Shown here: positions 37,591-50,093 of the stretch, in pieces | Numbering within the stretch: position 1 is the stretch's first letter | Layout of the letters: the number at the start of each line of letters is the position of its first letter | Source: Mustelus asterias | Lineage: Eukaryota | NCBI RefSeq assembly: GCF_964213995.1 | Contig: NW_027590121.1 | Location: 806,001-870,000, forward strand | DNA length: 64,000 bases | Direction: 5' to 3' | Program-made: the position numbers and the translations under genes | Notes under the pieces: model-generated | What the model saw: only the letters and a program-made list of their open reading frames with translations | What the model was told of the DNA's origin: nothing | The model's database searches: none

Positions 37591-37934
37591 ATTTGTTACA
37601 TGGTCAGTGCATTCTGACTGGTGAGAGGCTGCTTTAATGTGTGTTAGATAAGATTCATTAATTCAATCACTTGAGCTAGCAATTCCTGAATGGGCTCACA
37701 TTTAACTATAGGGTTAGTTTCTAATGTAGCTGCTGCTGTTGATCATAGTAAGGAGTTTAACAACACCAGGTTAAAGTTGATCATATCTAGGACAGCACTA
37801 TGGCAGATAACTAATTAAGTGCAGTTTTTGAAGAAAAAATGATAATTGTATATCTAGATCATTGGATGCAATCGCAAACGGATCAGAAAACATCATTACC
37901 AAAATTGTCATTTAATGGTGGAGTGATTACCCAT

Positions 37935-38285
37935 CATTCTCCGCGGGTCAGAAAGTGCTCTATCCTCACTATAGGGAGAGACTGCGCAGGCGTGGGGGAA
38001 ATGCTGTGATTGGAGCATGCGCGGTCCGGGTGTCGGTCTGTTCGATCAACATCGGGTGAGAAGCAACTGGAGAGGAATGGGGCTGGGGAAGAAATGGAAC
38101 CGTCTTGTGGGGCCGGGGGAGCGGGGAAACTCATTAGTAAAACATGCTCATGCCTCAGAGCCCGAATCCCAAACTCCCGGGTCCCGCGGGAGGCGCCGCC
38201 GACACTTTTGTTCATCCCGGGTTAACGGCCGCCATCTTTCCCGGGGCAATGGGCAGCAGGGCGCATGCGCAGGGAGCCCAGTCCC
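37935..38285. promoter_or_regulatory. CpG-rich promoter of ZF7
   Basis: attgg ~38009, NRF1 gcgcatgcgca 38261, YY1 ccgccatctt 38229. Confidence 0.65.
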
Positions 38286-38339
38286 TCTGAAGCTTTGTTA
38301 CCTTTTCTCCTTCATCCCTTTTCCCAGTCCCAGGCTGCA

Positions 38340-38671
38340 GGCTCCAGTTGGCAATGTGTGCATCCAGTGTGGAGGAGGCTCCAGCTGGCAATGTGTGCAT
38401 CCAGTGTGGAGGAGGCTCCAGCTGGCAATGTGTGCATCCAGTGTGGAGGAGGCTCCAGCTGGCAATGTGTGCATCCAGTGTGGAGGAGGCTCCAGCTGGC
38501 AATGTGTGCATCCAGTGTGGAGGAGGCTCCAGCTGGCAATGATGTGCTTCCAGTGTGGAGGAGGCTCCAGTTGGCAATGTGTGTATCCAGTGTGGAGGAA
38601 GCTCCAGTTGGCAATGTGTGCATCCAGTGTGGAGGTGGCTCCAGTTGGCAATGATGTGCATCCAGTGTGGA
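38340..38671. repeat. 37-bp minisatellite, 9 copies
   Basis: Unit ggctccagctggcaatgtgtgcatccagtgtggagga. Confidence 0.95.
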
Positions 38672-39014
38672 CATGGCGACAGCTGCCAGGGTCACTTTCA
38701 CCTTGTGCCGGTCCCACCCATTCCCAGGTTCATTCAGCTCAATTTCACAACCTGCCTTTTTGTTTCTGTAGGTTCTCTCTCACTCCTTTTTTTCTGTTTT
38801 AAATTCTTTCCACAGAGTATCGGGAGGGGAGGATTTACAGTCCGGAAACAACCTCATCATCGCATCAAAGTCTGACAGCCGCTGAATGCATCCTGAATAT
38901 CGTCAGATTTTGAACACAGAACTGAAAAGCTCCATTCACAGTGGAGAGAAACTGTACATGTGTTCTGCGTGTGGACAAGGCTTCAGCCTGTCGAAACGTT
39001 AGTGCAGTCACTCC

Positions 39015-39605
39015 ATGGAGAAACCGTGGAAATGTGTGGACTGTGGGAAGGGATTCCGTTACCCATCCAAACTGGAAATCCATCGTCGTAGTCACACTGG
39101 GGAGAGACCATTCTCCTGCTCTGAGTGTGAGAAGGGGTTCGTTAGGTCCTCCCACTTGCTGACACACCAGCAAATTCACACTGGGAAGAGACAATTCACC
39201 TGCACCGAATGTGGGAAGGGATTCACTCAGTCATCCAAACTGCTGTCACACCAGCGAGTTCACACTGGGGAGAGACCATTCACCTGCTCCGAATGTGGGA
39301 AAGGATTCACTGCTTCATCTTACCTGCTGACACATCAACGTGTTCACACTGATGAGAGACCTTTTAAATGCTCAGACTGTGGGAAGTGCTTTAAAAGATC
39401 TGGTGTACTGATGCGCCATCAATGTGCTCTCACTGACGAGAGGCCATTCAGATGCATACACTGTGGGACTGGATTCAGACAATCATATAACCTCACTGTA
39501 CATCAGCGAATTCACACTGGGGAGAGGCCATTCACCTGCTCTGATTGTGGCAAGGGATTCTCTCAGTCATCCAACCTTCTGAAACACCAACGAATCCACA
39601 ATTAA
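39015..39605 (+). CDS. ZF7: C2H2 zinc-finger protein, 196 aa, 7 fingers (one lacking the second His)
   Basis: Open ORF from MEKPWKC; finger types and 3' flank are closest to ZF2. Confidence 0.8.
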   Translation: MEKPWKCVDCGKGFRYPSKLEIHRRSHTGERPFSCSECEKGFVRSSHLLTHQQIHTGKRQFTCTECGKGFTQSSKLLSHQRVHTGERPFTCSECGKGFTASSYLLTHQRVHTDERPFKCSDCGKCFKRSGVLMRHQCALTDERPFRCIHCGTGFRQSYNLTVHQRIHTGERPFTCSDCGKGFSQSSNLLKHQRIHN

Positions 39606-39812
39606 CCATAGTGATCGGATTCTGCTGTTAATCACATTCAGAACGTAAATGTGTTCAATAGGTCTGTTTCTGCTGGAATTGATGGAATCCAACCCAGTTA
39701 TAGGGGTTAATATTCTGGATAAAAGTCAAATAAATTAGCTTTGTGTTCAATACTGTGCATTGAATCTTTTCAATAACATCAACATAAATGAATTCCTTTT
39801 GAAATATATGGA

Positions 39813-40038
39813 TAAAAGCAAATTACTGCAGCTGCTAGAATCTGAAACCAAAAGAGAAAATACTGGAAAATCTCAGCAGGTCAGGCAGCATCTGTAAGGA
39901 GAGAAAAGAGCTGATGTTTCAAGTCCAGATGACCCTTTTGTCAAAGCTCAAAACACCAGCTTTGACAAAGGGTCATCTGGACTCAAAACATCAGCTCTTT
40001 TCTCTCCTTACAGATGCTGCCAGACCTGCTGAGATTTC
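39813..40038. mobile_element. Palindromic Penelope-type short element (decayed hammerheads)
   Basis: Near-perfect inverted arms centred ~39952. Confidence 0.75.
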
Positions 40039-40194
40039 TCCTTTGGTTCCTTTTGAAATACCTCCCTTTGTTCTTCCTCCATCTTCACCTCCCACAAATG
40101 CTCATGGAGGAGAAACTCATGATCTTCTTTGTTGCTAAGTTTGAGACAATTCAATCAGCTGCCTCTGCTGCTTCCCTCCCTTTCCATATTCCTT

Positions 40195-40550
40195 CAGGTG
40201 CAGAAAGAGGCCATTCAGCCCAGCAAGTCTGCACCAATGCTCTGAAAGAACATCTTACCCAGCCCCCTTTACCACACCGCCCCCCCCCCCCTCCGCCTCC
40301 CATCATGTCCCAATAACCCCAGGCGCATTTTCCATGCCTACTGCACCTAAGCTACACATCTTGGGACAACAGGCAATTGAACATGGCCAATCCACCTGAC
40401 CTGCACATCATTAGCTTGTGGGAGGAAACTGGACATCCGAAGGAAACGCATGCAGACCTGGGGAGAACATGCAAACTCCACACAGACAGTGACCCAAGCT
40501 GGGAATCGAACCTGGGTCCTTGACACTTTGAGGCAGCAAGCTAATTGACT
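40195..40550 (-). mobile_element. HE1/V-SINE, degraded
   Basis: V-domain and head. Confidence 0.75.
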
Positions 40551-41119
40551 AGACAAAATCTCCTTTAAGGTTCCCCTTTATCTTAGCTCTGAACTCACAT
40601 CTTACTCTAGTTTCTCTCACCTTCTCTCATGTCCTCTTAGACCTCAGGGTGGTGCAAGCAGGCATTTAAGACGCATTTAGATGAACACCTGAAATGCTAT
40701 AGCATAAAAGGGTACAGACCAAGTGAAGTGCTGGGTGATGGGATTGGAATGGAATGGTGTTTGATGACCAATGCAGACACGATTGGCTGAAAGGCCTCTT
40801 TCTGTGCTATCAAACTCTATGAGGAAGGAGGGTTGTTGATGTGCTGTCTGGGTGGGTGATATTTGGAGGAGCTGTCTCCCTAGGACTGAACTAAAGCATT
40901 TCATAGCAATGTGAGCCTTGTAAGGAGCTCTTGGCGGCACATAAAATCTCCCCACTCTGCTGAGTGACACTTTTGTATGTATTTCAGGCAGTGTGGGGAA
41001 AGATCCTAAGTGCACAGCTCAGGAATTTAACAGCCAGGCACTGTGAACTCACTCACAAATCACATATGCCACATTGGAAGTTGAGATACATTTGTCCATG
41101 TTCAAATTTTAACTACTGT

Positions 41120-41400
41120 TCATAGAATCATGGAATCTCTACAGTTCAGAAGAGGCTATTCGGCCCATCAAGTCTGCATTGACTCTCTGACAGAGTATCT
41201 CACCCAGACCCTCTCCTCTGCTCTATCCCTCCAACCCCACACATTACCATGGCTAATCCATCTAACCTACACATCTTTGGACCGTAGTAGGAAATCAGAG
41301 CACCCAAAGGGAACCCACACTGACGTGGGGAGAGCATGACAGACAGACAGACAGACAGTCACCCAAGCTGGATTTGAACCCGGGTCCCTGGAGCTGTGTG
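41120..41400 (-). mobile_element. HE1/V-SINE, degraded
   Basis: catagaatc tail and V-domain. Confidence 0.75.
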
Positions 41401-43232
41401 GCATAACTGCCGTTCCACTCTTTTTGCTGCTGAACACTCAGTGACAACATATGGAAGCCCTGGTCAGAGCTGATTGTGGAGTGAGGTTATCAATGGGTTT
41501 TGAATGTAAATTCACACACAATGAAGATCAGAATCATGTGCGTTTTTTCCTGCTCCACCGTCTGAACCAATAACCGTCTGCACCTATTTACCAAATATAA
41601 AAATGCTTTATGAAATGAGCAGTTTCCAATAAAATGAGTAAAACCCGAAACCAAAGACCACCAGCATCTCATTCACTTCATTTAACAAAGTGGGGTGTGT
41701 TTAATCTACTTTGATGACTGTTTTTATCCAGAACGTCATTGACACAGAATATTAGAACATGTTTTTATTTGATGGTGGGCTAATATAACTATCAGGGGAT
41801 TTGATATAAACCCTGTCAAACATTACATTTTCAATCCAGCTTTTCAAAGAGAGAATACAGTCGGCAGCAGCTTCGACTTATCGACAGTCAGTGAAAACAG
41901 AATGTCAGTGAGGCAGTCACACACTGAGAGACCACACACGAGTCAGAGCCTTTCTACAATATGCTTATTTTAGAAATAAAGAACTTATAAACTTCCCAAG
42001 GCAGCTTCTCCTGCAAGTGCAGGAGATGTAACAGCTGCACTTTCACCTCCTCCCTACTCACCATCCAGGGGTTACACATATGTGCCTCAATCCCAAATGT
42101 GTCAAATAGTTTGAAATTACATTTTGGAAATGGAGGAAGGGAGATTTATTTAAAATAAATTGACACAATACATTTTATATATAGATTCTAAGTTAAAAGA
42201 TTTAATATCTCCACTGTATGTGGCATCTGTGCTATCTTACCCATGTAATGAAGTAAACACGACAAAATTCAACAAAATACAAAAGGTATTGTTACTGAGA
42301 GAATACATCATCAATATTTGATTTAATTTATTATTGTTGCATGTACTGGGATACAGTGAAAAGTATTGTTTCTTATGTACTAGACAAACAAAGCATACTG
42401 TTCATCGAGTACAGAAGGGAAAAGGAAAGGATACGGTGCAGAATATAGTGCTGTGGTTACAGATATGGTGAATGGAAAGATCAGCATATATGGTAGGTCC
42501 ATTCAAAATTCTGATGCAGCAAGGAAGTTGTTCTTGAGTCAGTTGGCAGGTGTTTTCAGACTTTTGTATCTTTTTCTTGACAGAAGCAGGTGGAAGAGAG
42601 AAGGTCCGGGGTGTGAGGAGTTCTTGATTATGCTGGCTGCTTTCTGAGGCAGTGCGAAGTGTAGAGAGAGTCAATGGATGGGAGACTGGTTTGCGTGATG
42701 GACTGGGCTACATTCAGAACCCACAACCCTTTGTAATATTACTATGTGAATACATCACGAATAAAAGAGTTAGTGAGAGTGAAACAGAAGGCTCTGAAAA
42801 TCAAAGAGTAGCTCTTGAGAAAATCTCAAACCAGTCATTTAAAAATATATATTTTGATGCCTGAAGTAGAACCTTTCAGGCACAGAATTGTAGATTTTCC
42901 ACCAAAGATCAATTTAGGATTAAAGTAAAAGTTTATAATTTTATTGTAACAGAGTTCCTGTTGAAAGTTCTTGAATTAAGAGAAAAGATCACAAATGGTG
43001 TTGTCAAAAATGGACACTGAAGCCCTGAAAATTGGTGACATCGCCAGAATATTAAACCCCAGCCAGTCATAATATCAGCAGGAACAAAACTACGTATCAA
43101 TACTAAACAAGATAAACAGCAGCAGTAACAGCAGAATCCAACCCCTGCAGTCACTAATGAACTTGCTGATGTCTCAGGAACCATTGTGACTGAGTGAATC
43201 CCTTCCCACACACAGAGCAGTTAAATGGTCTC

Positions 43233-44150
43233 TTAGTGTGAGTGCATTGGTGAGCCAGCAGGTTGAAAAACGTTGTGAACCCCACGCACGGAGCAAGTAA
43301 ACGGCCTCTGCCCAGTGTGAACTCGCTGGTGAGCAGTGAGGTTGGATGACCGATTGAATCCTTTCCCACACACAGAGCAGATGAATGGCCTCTCTCCAGT
43401 GTGAACTCGCTGGTGTAAAACAAGATTGGATGACTGCCTGAAACTCTTTCCACAGTCAGTGCAGCTGAATGGCTTCTCCTCAGTGTGAATTCGTTGGTGC
43501 CTCAGCAGGGTGGGTAAAACTGTGAATCCCTTCCCACACATGGAACAAGTAAATGGTCTCTCCCCAGTGTGAATCCGTTGGTGTGCAACGAGAGAGGTTG
43601 CCTGTCTGAAACTCTTTCCACAGGAAGTGCAGCTGAATGGCTTTTGAGTGTGAATCCGCTGGTGTGACAGCAGGTGGGATGACCCAGTGAATCCCTCCCC
43701 ACACATGGAGCAGGTGAAAGGCCTCTCCCCAGTGTGAACTCGCTGGTGTAATGTGAAGTTGGATGACTGAGTGAATCTCTTTCCACACTCAGGGCAGGTG
43801 AACAGTCCCTCCCCAGTGTGAGTGCGTTGGTGTGCCGTGTGTGCTGAAGAATGCCTGAACCTCTTTCCACAGGGAGTGCAGCTGAATGGCTTCTCCTCGG
43901 TGTGAATTCGCTGGTGTGACAAAAGGCCAGATAACTGAGTGAAAGCCTTCCCACACACAGAGCAGGTGAATGCCCTCTTCCCCGTGTGAACTCGCTGGTG
44001 TAATGATAGGTTGGATGACTGAGTGAATCCTTTCCCACATATAGAACAGGTGAATGGCCTCTCCCCAGTGTGACTGCGTTGATGGTTTTCCAGCAGGGAT
44101 GGATAATTGAATCCTTTCCCACAATCTTCACATTTCCACCGTTTCTCCAT
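43233..44150 (-). CDS. ZF8: C2H2 zinc-finger protein, 10 intact fingers; last two fingers (to 43154) lost by frameshift
   Basis: ORF from MEKRWKC; ~5-nt deletion at ~43280 between ggg microhomologies. Confidence 0.75.
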   Translation of the reverse strand: MEKRWKCEDCGKGFNYPSLLENHQRSHTGERPFTCSICGKGFTQSSNLSLHQRVHTGKRAFTCSVCGKAFTQLSGLLSHQRIHTEEKPFSCTPCGKRFRHSSAHTAHQRTHTGEGLFTCPECGKRFTQSSNFTLHQRVHTGERPFTCSMCGEGFTGSSHLLSHQRIHTQKPFSCTSCGKSFRQATSLVAHQRIHTGERPFTCSMCGKGFTVLPTLLRHQRIHTEEKPFSCTDCGKSFRQSSNLVLHQRVHTGERPFICSVCGKGFNRSSNLTAHQRVHTGQRPFTCSVRGVHNVFQPAGSPMHSH

Positions 44151-44584
44151 GGTACCGGTATCCGTGTGTCTCTCGAGGTTGGACAATCAGTTCAAGTCTT
44201 GTCCAAACATTGAACAAATGTATGGTTTTTCCTCACCTTGTATTTTGCAATGTTTTCTCAAGCTGAATAACTGGTTAAAGCTCTTTCCACAGTCAGTTCA
44301 CTGGAACACTCACTCGGGTGTGTGTGTCTCGGTGCTTTTCCAGTCACTGATGTTTGAAATCATAGAAACCCTACAGTGCAGAAGGAGGCCATTCGGCCCA
44401 TCGAGTCTGCACCGACCACAACCCCACCCAGGCCCTACCTGTTCTTTTAGAACAGTTGATCATTTATCCTTCCACATTCAAAGACCGATGATATTCAGAT
44501 CCTGATGGATGGAGTTACTCAACCAGAGCTTGATCTGACGTTTCACATCTGCAAATCCTTCGCTTCTGATCTCCTGTAGAAACA

Positions 44585-45200
44585 GTTCACAAACTCCGCT
44601 TCTCCGGGACAAACAAGCGCCAAGGCCAGCAATGACACTGCGCATGCTCCACATCACAACGCCCGGGGACTGATTGACGGCAGGTGCGGGCCAATAGGAA
44701 GAGGGGGCGGGGCTGGAGGACGGAGCGGGAGCGGCTGGTCCTCCAACCAATTAGAGTGAATGGGGGGGCGGCCAGGTCGGGAGTGGAGCATGCGCGGCAA
44801 TGGTAAGGCGGTTGTGAGCCTGGCAACGCAGCGTGCGGTCTGAGCATGCTCAGTGTCAGTCATAGTGTCGGGGAGGGTGAGGAATGGAAACCACGGCTGC
44901 GCTGGAAACGGCCTCGGGCCCCGCCTTCCCCGCGGGGACAAGCCCAAGGGCGGCGGGCTCGCGAGCTGCCATCTTACGAGTGTGAATGAGGGCGCTCAGA
45001 GAGGCGGAGCTTCCTCCCCGGTAATGGGCCTGGGTTACCTAGGCAACTATCTTGGGAGACGAAGTGGGTCTGGTTCAGCTGTCCTGCAAGGGTGGCCATC
45101 TTGGTGAGGGTATAGGGAGTGGGCGGAGCTTCTCCCCGTTGCAAGGTGCGGGTTTCCCAGGCAACCGGCCGCGGCCATCTTGGAGCGGGACAGAGACTGG
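44585..45200. promoter_or_regulatory. CpG-island bidirectional promoter between ZF8(-) and ZF9(+)
   Basis: Paralog of 30116-30610; NRF1, CCAAT and GC boxes; three gccatctt YY1 cores. Confidence 0.7.
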
Positions 45201-45632
45201 GATTGACAAATTGGGGGAGAGAATATTCCAGAGAAACGAGATTTGTCTGCTCTGAATTTCTATCCTGTACTCATTGTGAGCACTCTTTTCAAACCATTTT
45301 CCAGGGGAGGATTTACACAAATTAAAATAAACATCAAAATCTGACAGAGATTCATTAGGAGCTGAATATCATCGACCTCTGCATGAGGAAGGAGAAATGT
45401 TTGTTTGGTCTGTGGGAAAAGATTTCAAACATCAGTGTGACTGGAAAAGCACCGAGACACACACATGAGTGAGAGTGTTCGAGTGAGCTAACTATGGAAA
45501 GAGCTTCAACCAGTTACTCAGCCTGAAAAACATCACACCATTCACAGCGAGGAGAAACTGTACATGTGTTGTGTGTGTGAACGAGGCTTCAACTGATTGT
45601 CCAACCCGGAGAGACACAAGGGCACCGGCACC

Positions 45633-46900
45633 ATGAAGAAACCATGGAAATGTGGGGACTGTGAGAAGGGATTCAATTATCCATCCCGCCTGGAAATCCA
45701 TCAGCACAGTCACACTGGGAACAGCATCACAGAGAGACCGCGGAAATGTGAGGATTGTGGTGAAGGATTCTATTATCCATGTCTGCTGGAAGTCCATTGA
45801 CACAGTCACGCTGGGGAGAAGCTATTCACCTCTTGTGTGTGGAAAAGGATTTATTACGGCAGCGAGCCTCATGTCACACCTGCAAATTCACACTGAGGAA
45901 AGACCGTATGGCTGCACATACTGTGAAAGGAGGTTTAAACAGTCATCTACCCTCACTGCACATCAGCAAATTCACACTGGGATGAGACCATTCAGCTTCT
46001 CCGTGGAAAGAGATTCACCCAGTCCTCCATCCTGTTAATATACCAACCACTCACACGAGGGAGAAGCAATTCATCTGCTCCATATGTGAGAAAGGATTTA
46101 CTCAGTCATCTGGCCTTTGGTCACACCACAGAGTTCACACTGAGGAGAGGCCATACCCTTGCTCTGTCTGTGGGAAGGAATTTACTCAGTTATCTCACCC
46201 TGCTAACATACCAGAGAAATCACACTGGGAAGAAGCCACACAGCTGCACTTCCTGTGGGAAGAGCTTCAGGTCTTCATCCAACCTCAGTACACAGAAGCG
46301 TGTTCACACTGGGGAGAAATCATTCACCTGCTCCGAGTGTGGGATGGAATTCACTCAGTCAGCCAACCTGGAAATACACAAGAGAATTCACACTGAGGAG
46401 AAACCATTCAGCTGCACCTCCTGTGGAAAGAGTTTCAGGCAGTTATCCACACTCACTGAACACCAATGCACTCACACTGGGGAGAGGCCATTCACCTGCG
46501 CTGTGTGGGGGAAGGGATTCACTCAGTCAGCCAGCCTCATGTTAAACCAGCAAGTTCACACTGAGGAGAGTCTGTTCAACTGCACTCACTATAGAAAGAA
46601 ATTCAGGCAGTCTTCCGCGCTCACTGCACACCAGCGAATTCACATTGGGGAAAAATCATTCAACTGCTCCGTATGTGGGAAGCGCTTCACTCGATCATCT
46701 GGGCTTTGGTCACACCAGCGAGTTCGCACTGGGGAGAAGCCATTCGGCTGAACTCATTGTGAAAAGAGTTTCAGATCTTCATCTGATCTGAACGTACAAA
46801 GCGAGTTCACACTGGGGAGAGGTTGTTTACCTGCTGTGTGTGTGGAAAGGGTTTCACTCGGTCAGCCAATCTGCAGACACACCAGAGCGTTCACAAGTGA
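45633..46900 (+). pseudogene. ZF9: C2H2 zinc-finger pseudogene
   Basis: Duplicated first finger, TGA at 45798, multiple frameshifts. Confidence 0.85.
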
Positions 46901-47329
46901 CTGCAGGAGTTGGATTATATTGTTATTTGCTGTTAAGCACACCGAGGATTGTTAGTCTATTTTTTATTTGGTTTGTTTCTGCTGGTGTTAACAGCCCTAT
47001 TGCAGACAGAACTGTGATATTGTGGATATCCCTTGATTTTTGGGGCTGCTGAGTCCCTATTTAAAAGCACCATCTGTGATCTTTCTCTCTAACTCAAGAA
47101 CTCTCGACAGGTACTACTTCACAATAAAATTATCAACCTCCACTTGAATTCCATGTTGATCGTTAATGCAAAATCTACAATTCAGTGTTGAAATGTTCCA
47201 TCTCCAATTATTAAATGCTGATTAATCTTTGCTGACGATTCTCACTGACTTAAATATTCTTTACAATGGGAACTCCAGTACATTATCAAGGTACATTGAA
47301 CAAAACAGAAAAATATTTCACAGTCACAT

Positions 47330-47740
47330 CAGTAAAATCTTCATCAATCAACACTGATACTGATGAAACTTGGAAGTTGCTGAGTTCATTCATTTCTGAC
47401 ACAGCAGCGGCAACATTTGGTAAAAGTTGCAAAGATGGTTTGAGACCCACTCAGCAGAGATGACATCTGTCATTGAAGCAAAAAGCAAAACCTACCTGAT
47501 GTACAACATCAACCCAAAAGCTGGAACACTGTGTCACTTGAATGTAGCCAGGACAGATGTGTAAAAAGCAGAGAGAGGTTGTGCAAATAATCATTGGATC
47601 AGCCTATTTCAAGAAATGCAAATTGTCTGTGGCAACAGAAATCTCTGTGCTGTGTATGATGGGATCAGGAGAGTAGTTGGCCTTCCCATCATCAAAGTTG
47701 CTCCCCTGAAATTGTCACTTGAGCTGGAAAAGGCTATTGA
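47330..47740 (+). mobile_element. Probable RTE-clade LINE fragment
   Basis: TAAATFGK..WF..SAEMTSVIEAK-like remnants. Confidence 0.45.
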
Positions 47741-49922
47741 TTGCAGACCTACCTCAGTTGATCTTTCTCTACACCCTAGCTATGACTGTATCATGACATT
47801 CTGCACTCTCTCCTTCCCAATGTACAGTATGCTTTGTCTGTATAGCGCACAAGAAACAATATTTTTCACTGTATACTAATACATGTGACAATAATAAATC
47901 AAACAGACCCCACAGAGAAACTAACTTTATAACAATCAGGATAGAATTAAACACACTGGTATGTTGGGATGCCCTGTGGTTGTGAAAGGCTCTGTAGAAA
48001 TGTAAGTTTATAAATTGAAGATTTCTGTTCTCTGATCTTGTTATCTGGAACTGAATTGATTTCAGCCACCCCCAACTTGCCATTTATTAAATTCACTTTG
48101 GTTCAGACAAGACTTTAACCAATTAAGACAAAGGCAGAATTCTCTGGATAGTAAATTTAAAAAGTTTATTCAATGAAAAAGGTTCACTGAACCACTTTAA
48201 GACATTGGCTTTTATAACTTGATGTGGGTGATCAGTCTGGAAGGTTAACCCTCTCTGGCTCCTTCTTTGACAGGAATTTCCTTAAAACTCAGCCTCGGGA
48301 CTCTTCAGTATTTGGTTCACAGGGAAGACCTTTGGAACCTCTACTTTTATCCCCCTACATCAGAGTTGGGCCTGTTTAACATGCCAATTGGTCAATTTGA
48401 TGAGATTAATTCAATTGAATCCCCAATATTTACACCACCGTTTCCCTTCATCTTAGTCAGGAATACAACATAATTGTTTCAGACTATCCCTTTACCCGAT
48501 TCCATACAATCCCTTGTTCATACAGTTTCAAATATTGAAGAGTTTGAAGGTCCCTCTCGCCAGTACATTTATCTTCATTGCACATTCTTTACATACACAG
48601 CAATAAACTTTTACATTTTTACAGTAAATAAAACCCAGCCTTTTACTATAACTACTGATTCATTAATTGTAACTTAATACAATCATCTGTTACTGACTGG
48701 TAGCTAATTAATACAGGATTCTTTAATTCATTTGGTTAATACAAGATTCACTGGTTCAAAAAGACACACGATGGAAGACAATAGGTTTCTTTCTTATTCA
48801 CCTTGATCAGACTGAACAATCGACCTTATTCTTGAGCCAGATTTGATGGAATATAATGTCCTGTATCTTATCAAAATGACAGAAGAAATTCTTAGTTTAA
48901 ACAATTTCTGCTGGTTATGCAGTTTCCACAAGCATTTGGGTGAATACAGCATTCATTTTAAAAATAAAGCTTCATTCACATGTCAGAGTTTAAGATTGTT
49001 TCCTTGACCTTGTTACTTAGAATGTTCAAGGAACAATTCAGCACAGTAACAGGCACTTGGGCCCACCGAGCCTGTGCCAATAGAGCTTCAATCCCTCTGT
49101 TCACCTCCTGTCTGTCTATCAAGATACACCTTGAACATTGCTAAAGTGCCTGCTTCCACCCGCTTCACAGGCAGTGCATTCCAGGCACCCAGCACCTCTA
49201 CAGAGTCATAGAGGTTAACAGCATGGAAACAGGCCCTTTGGCTCAACTTGTCCATGCCACCCCTTTTTTTAAATGACTAAGCGAGTCCGAATTGCCCGCA
49301 TTTAGCCCATATCCCTCAATAGCAATCTTACTCGGAACTGTCTAAATGTTTATCAAAAGACAAAATTGTACCCGCCTCTACTACTACCTCTGGCAGCTTG
49401 TTTCAGACACTCGCCACCCTTTGTGTGAAAAAATTGCCCCTCTGGACCCTTTTGTATCTCTCCCCTCTCACCTTAAACCTATGGCCTCTAGTTTTAGACT
49501 TCCCTACCTTTGGGAATAGATATTGGCTATCTAGCTGATCTATACCCCTCATTATTTTATAGACTTCTATAGGATCACCCGTAAGCCTCCTATGCTCCAG
49601 AGAAAAAAGTCCCAGTCTATCCAGCCTCTCCTTATAACTCAAACCATCAAGTCCTGGTAGCATCCTAATAAATCTTTTCTGCATTCTTTCCAGCTTAGTA
49701 ATATCCTTTCTATAATAGGGTGACCAGAACTGTATACGGTATTACAAGTGTGGCCTTAACAATGTCTTGTGCAACTTCAACAAGACGTCCCAACTCCTGT
49801 ATTCAATGTTCTGACCAATGAAACCAAGCATGCCGAATGCCTTCTTCACCGCTCTGTCCATCTGTGACTCCACTTTCAATGTATACTGGTATACATTGTA
49901 AGACTGTATTCAATGTAATACT

Positions 49923-50004
49923 GGTAGCGTGGCTGAGCGGTCTAAAGCACTAGATTTAAGCTTCAGTCTTTCCGGAGGCATAGGTTCAAATCCCACTACT
50001 ACCA
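49923..50004 (+). pseudogene. tRNA-Leu pseudogene (Leu-TAG-like body, anticodon reads TAA)
   Basis: 82 nt GGTAGCGTGG..CTACCA; many transitions versus the vertebrate Leu-TAG/AAG consensus. Confidence 0.85.
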
Positions 50005-50022
50005 GAATTGATGTCTGTTTAA

Positions 50023-50093
50023 GCATTGGTGGTTCAGTGGTAGAATTCTCGCCTGCCACGCGGGAGGCCCGGGTTCTATTCCCGGCAAATGCA
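50023..50093 (+). tRNA. tRNA-Gly(GCC), probably non-functional copy
   Basis: Matches the vertebrate Gly-GCC sequence as I recall it except B-box GTTCT and one acceptor-stem mismatch; T5 terminator at 50104. Confidence 0.8.

Noticed and set aside
38340-38671. CRISPR-like 37-bp repeats
   Set aside because: Head-to-tail units with no spacers; eukaryotic context
38017-38802. Long ORFs in several frames
   Set aside because: Artefact of the stop-poor 37-bp minisatellite
43480-44131. Overlapping alternative-frame ORFs in ZF arrays
   Set aside because: Typical shadow ORFs of repetitive C2H2 codons
45484-45486. UGA at a zinc-ligand Cys position as possible selenocysteine
   Set aside because: The leader has frameshifts in several paralogs, the other UGAs replace Arg-type positions, and no convincing SECIS stem was found in the shared 3'UTR
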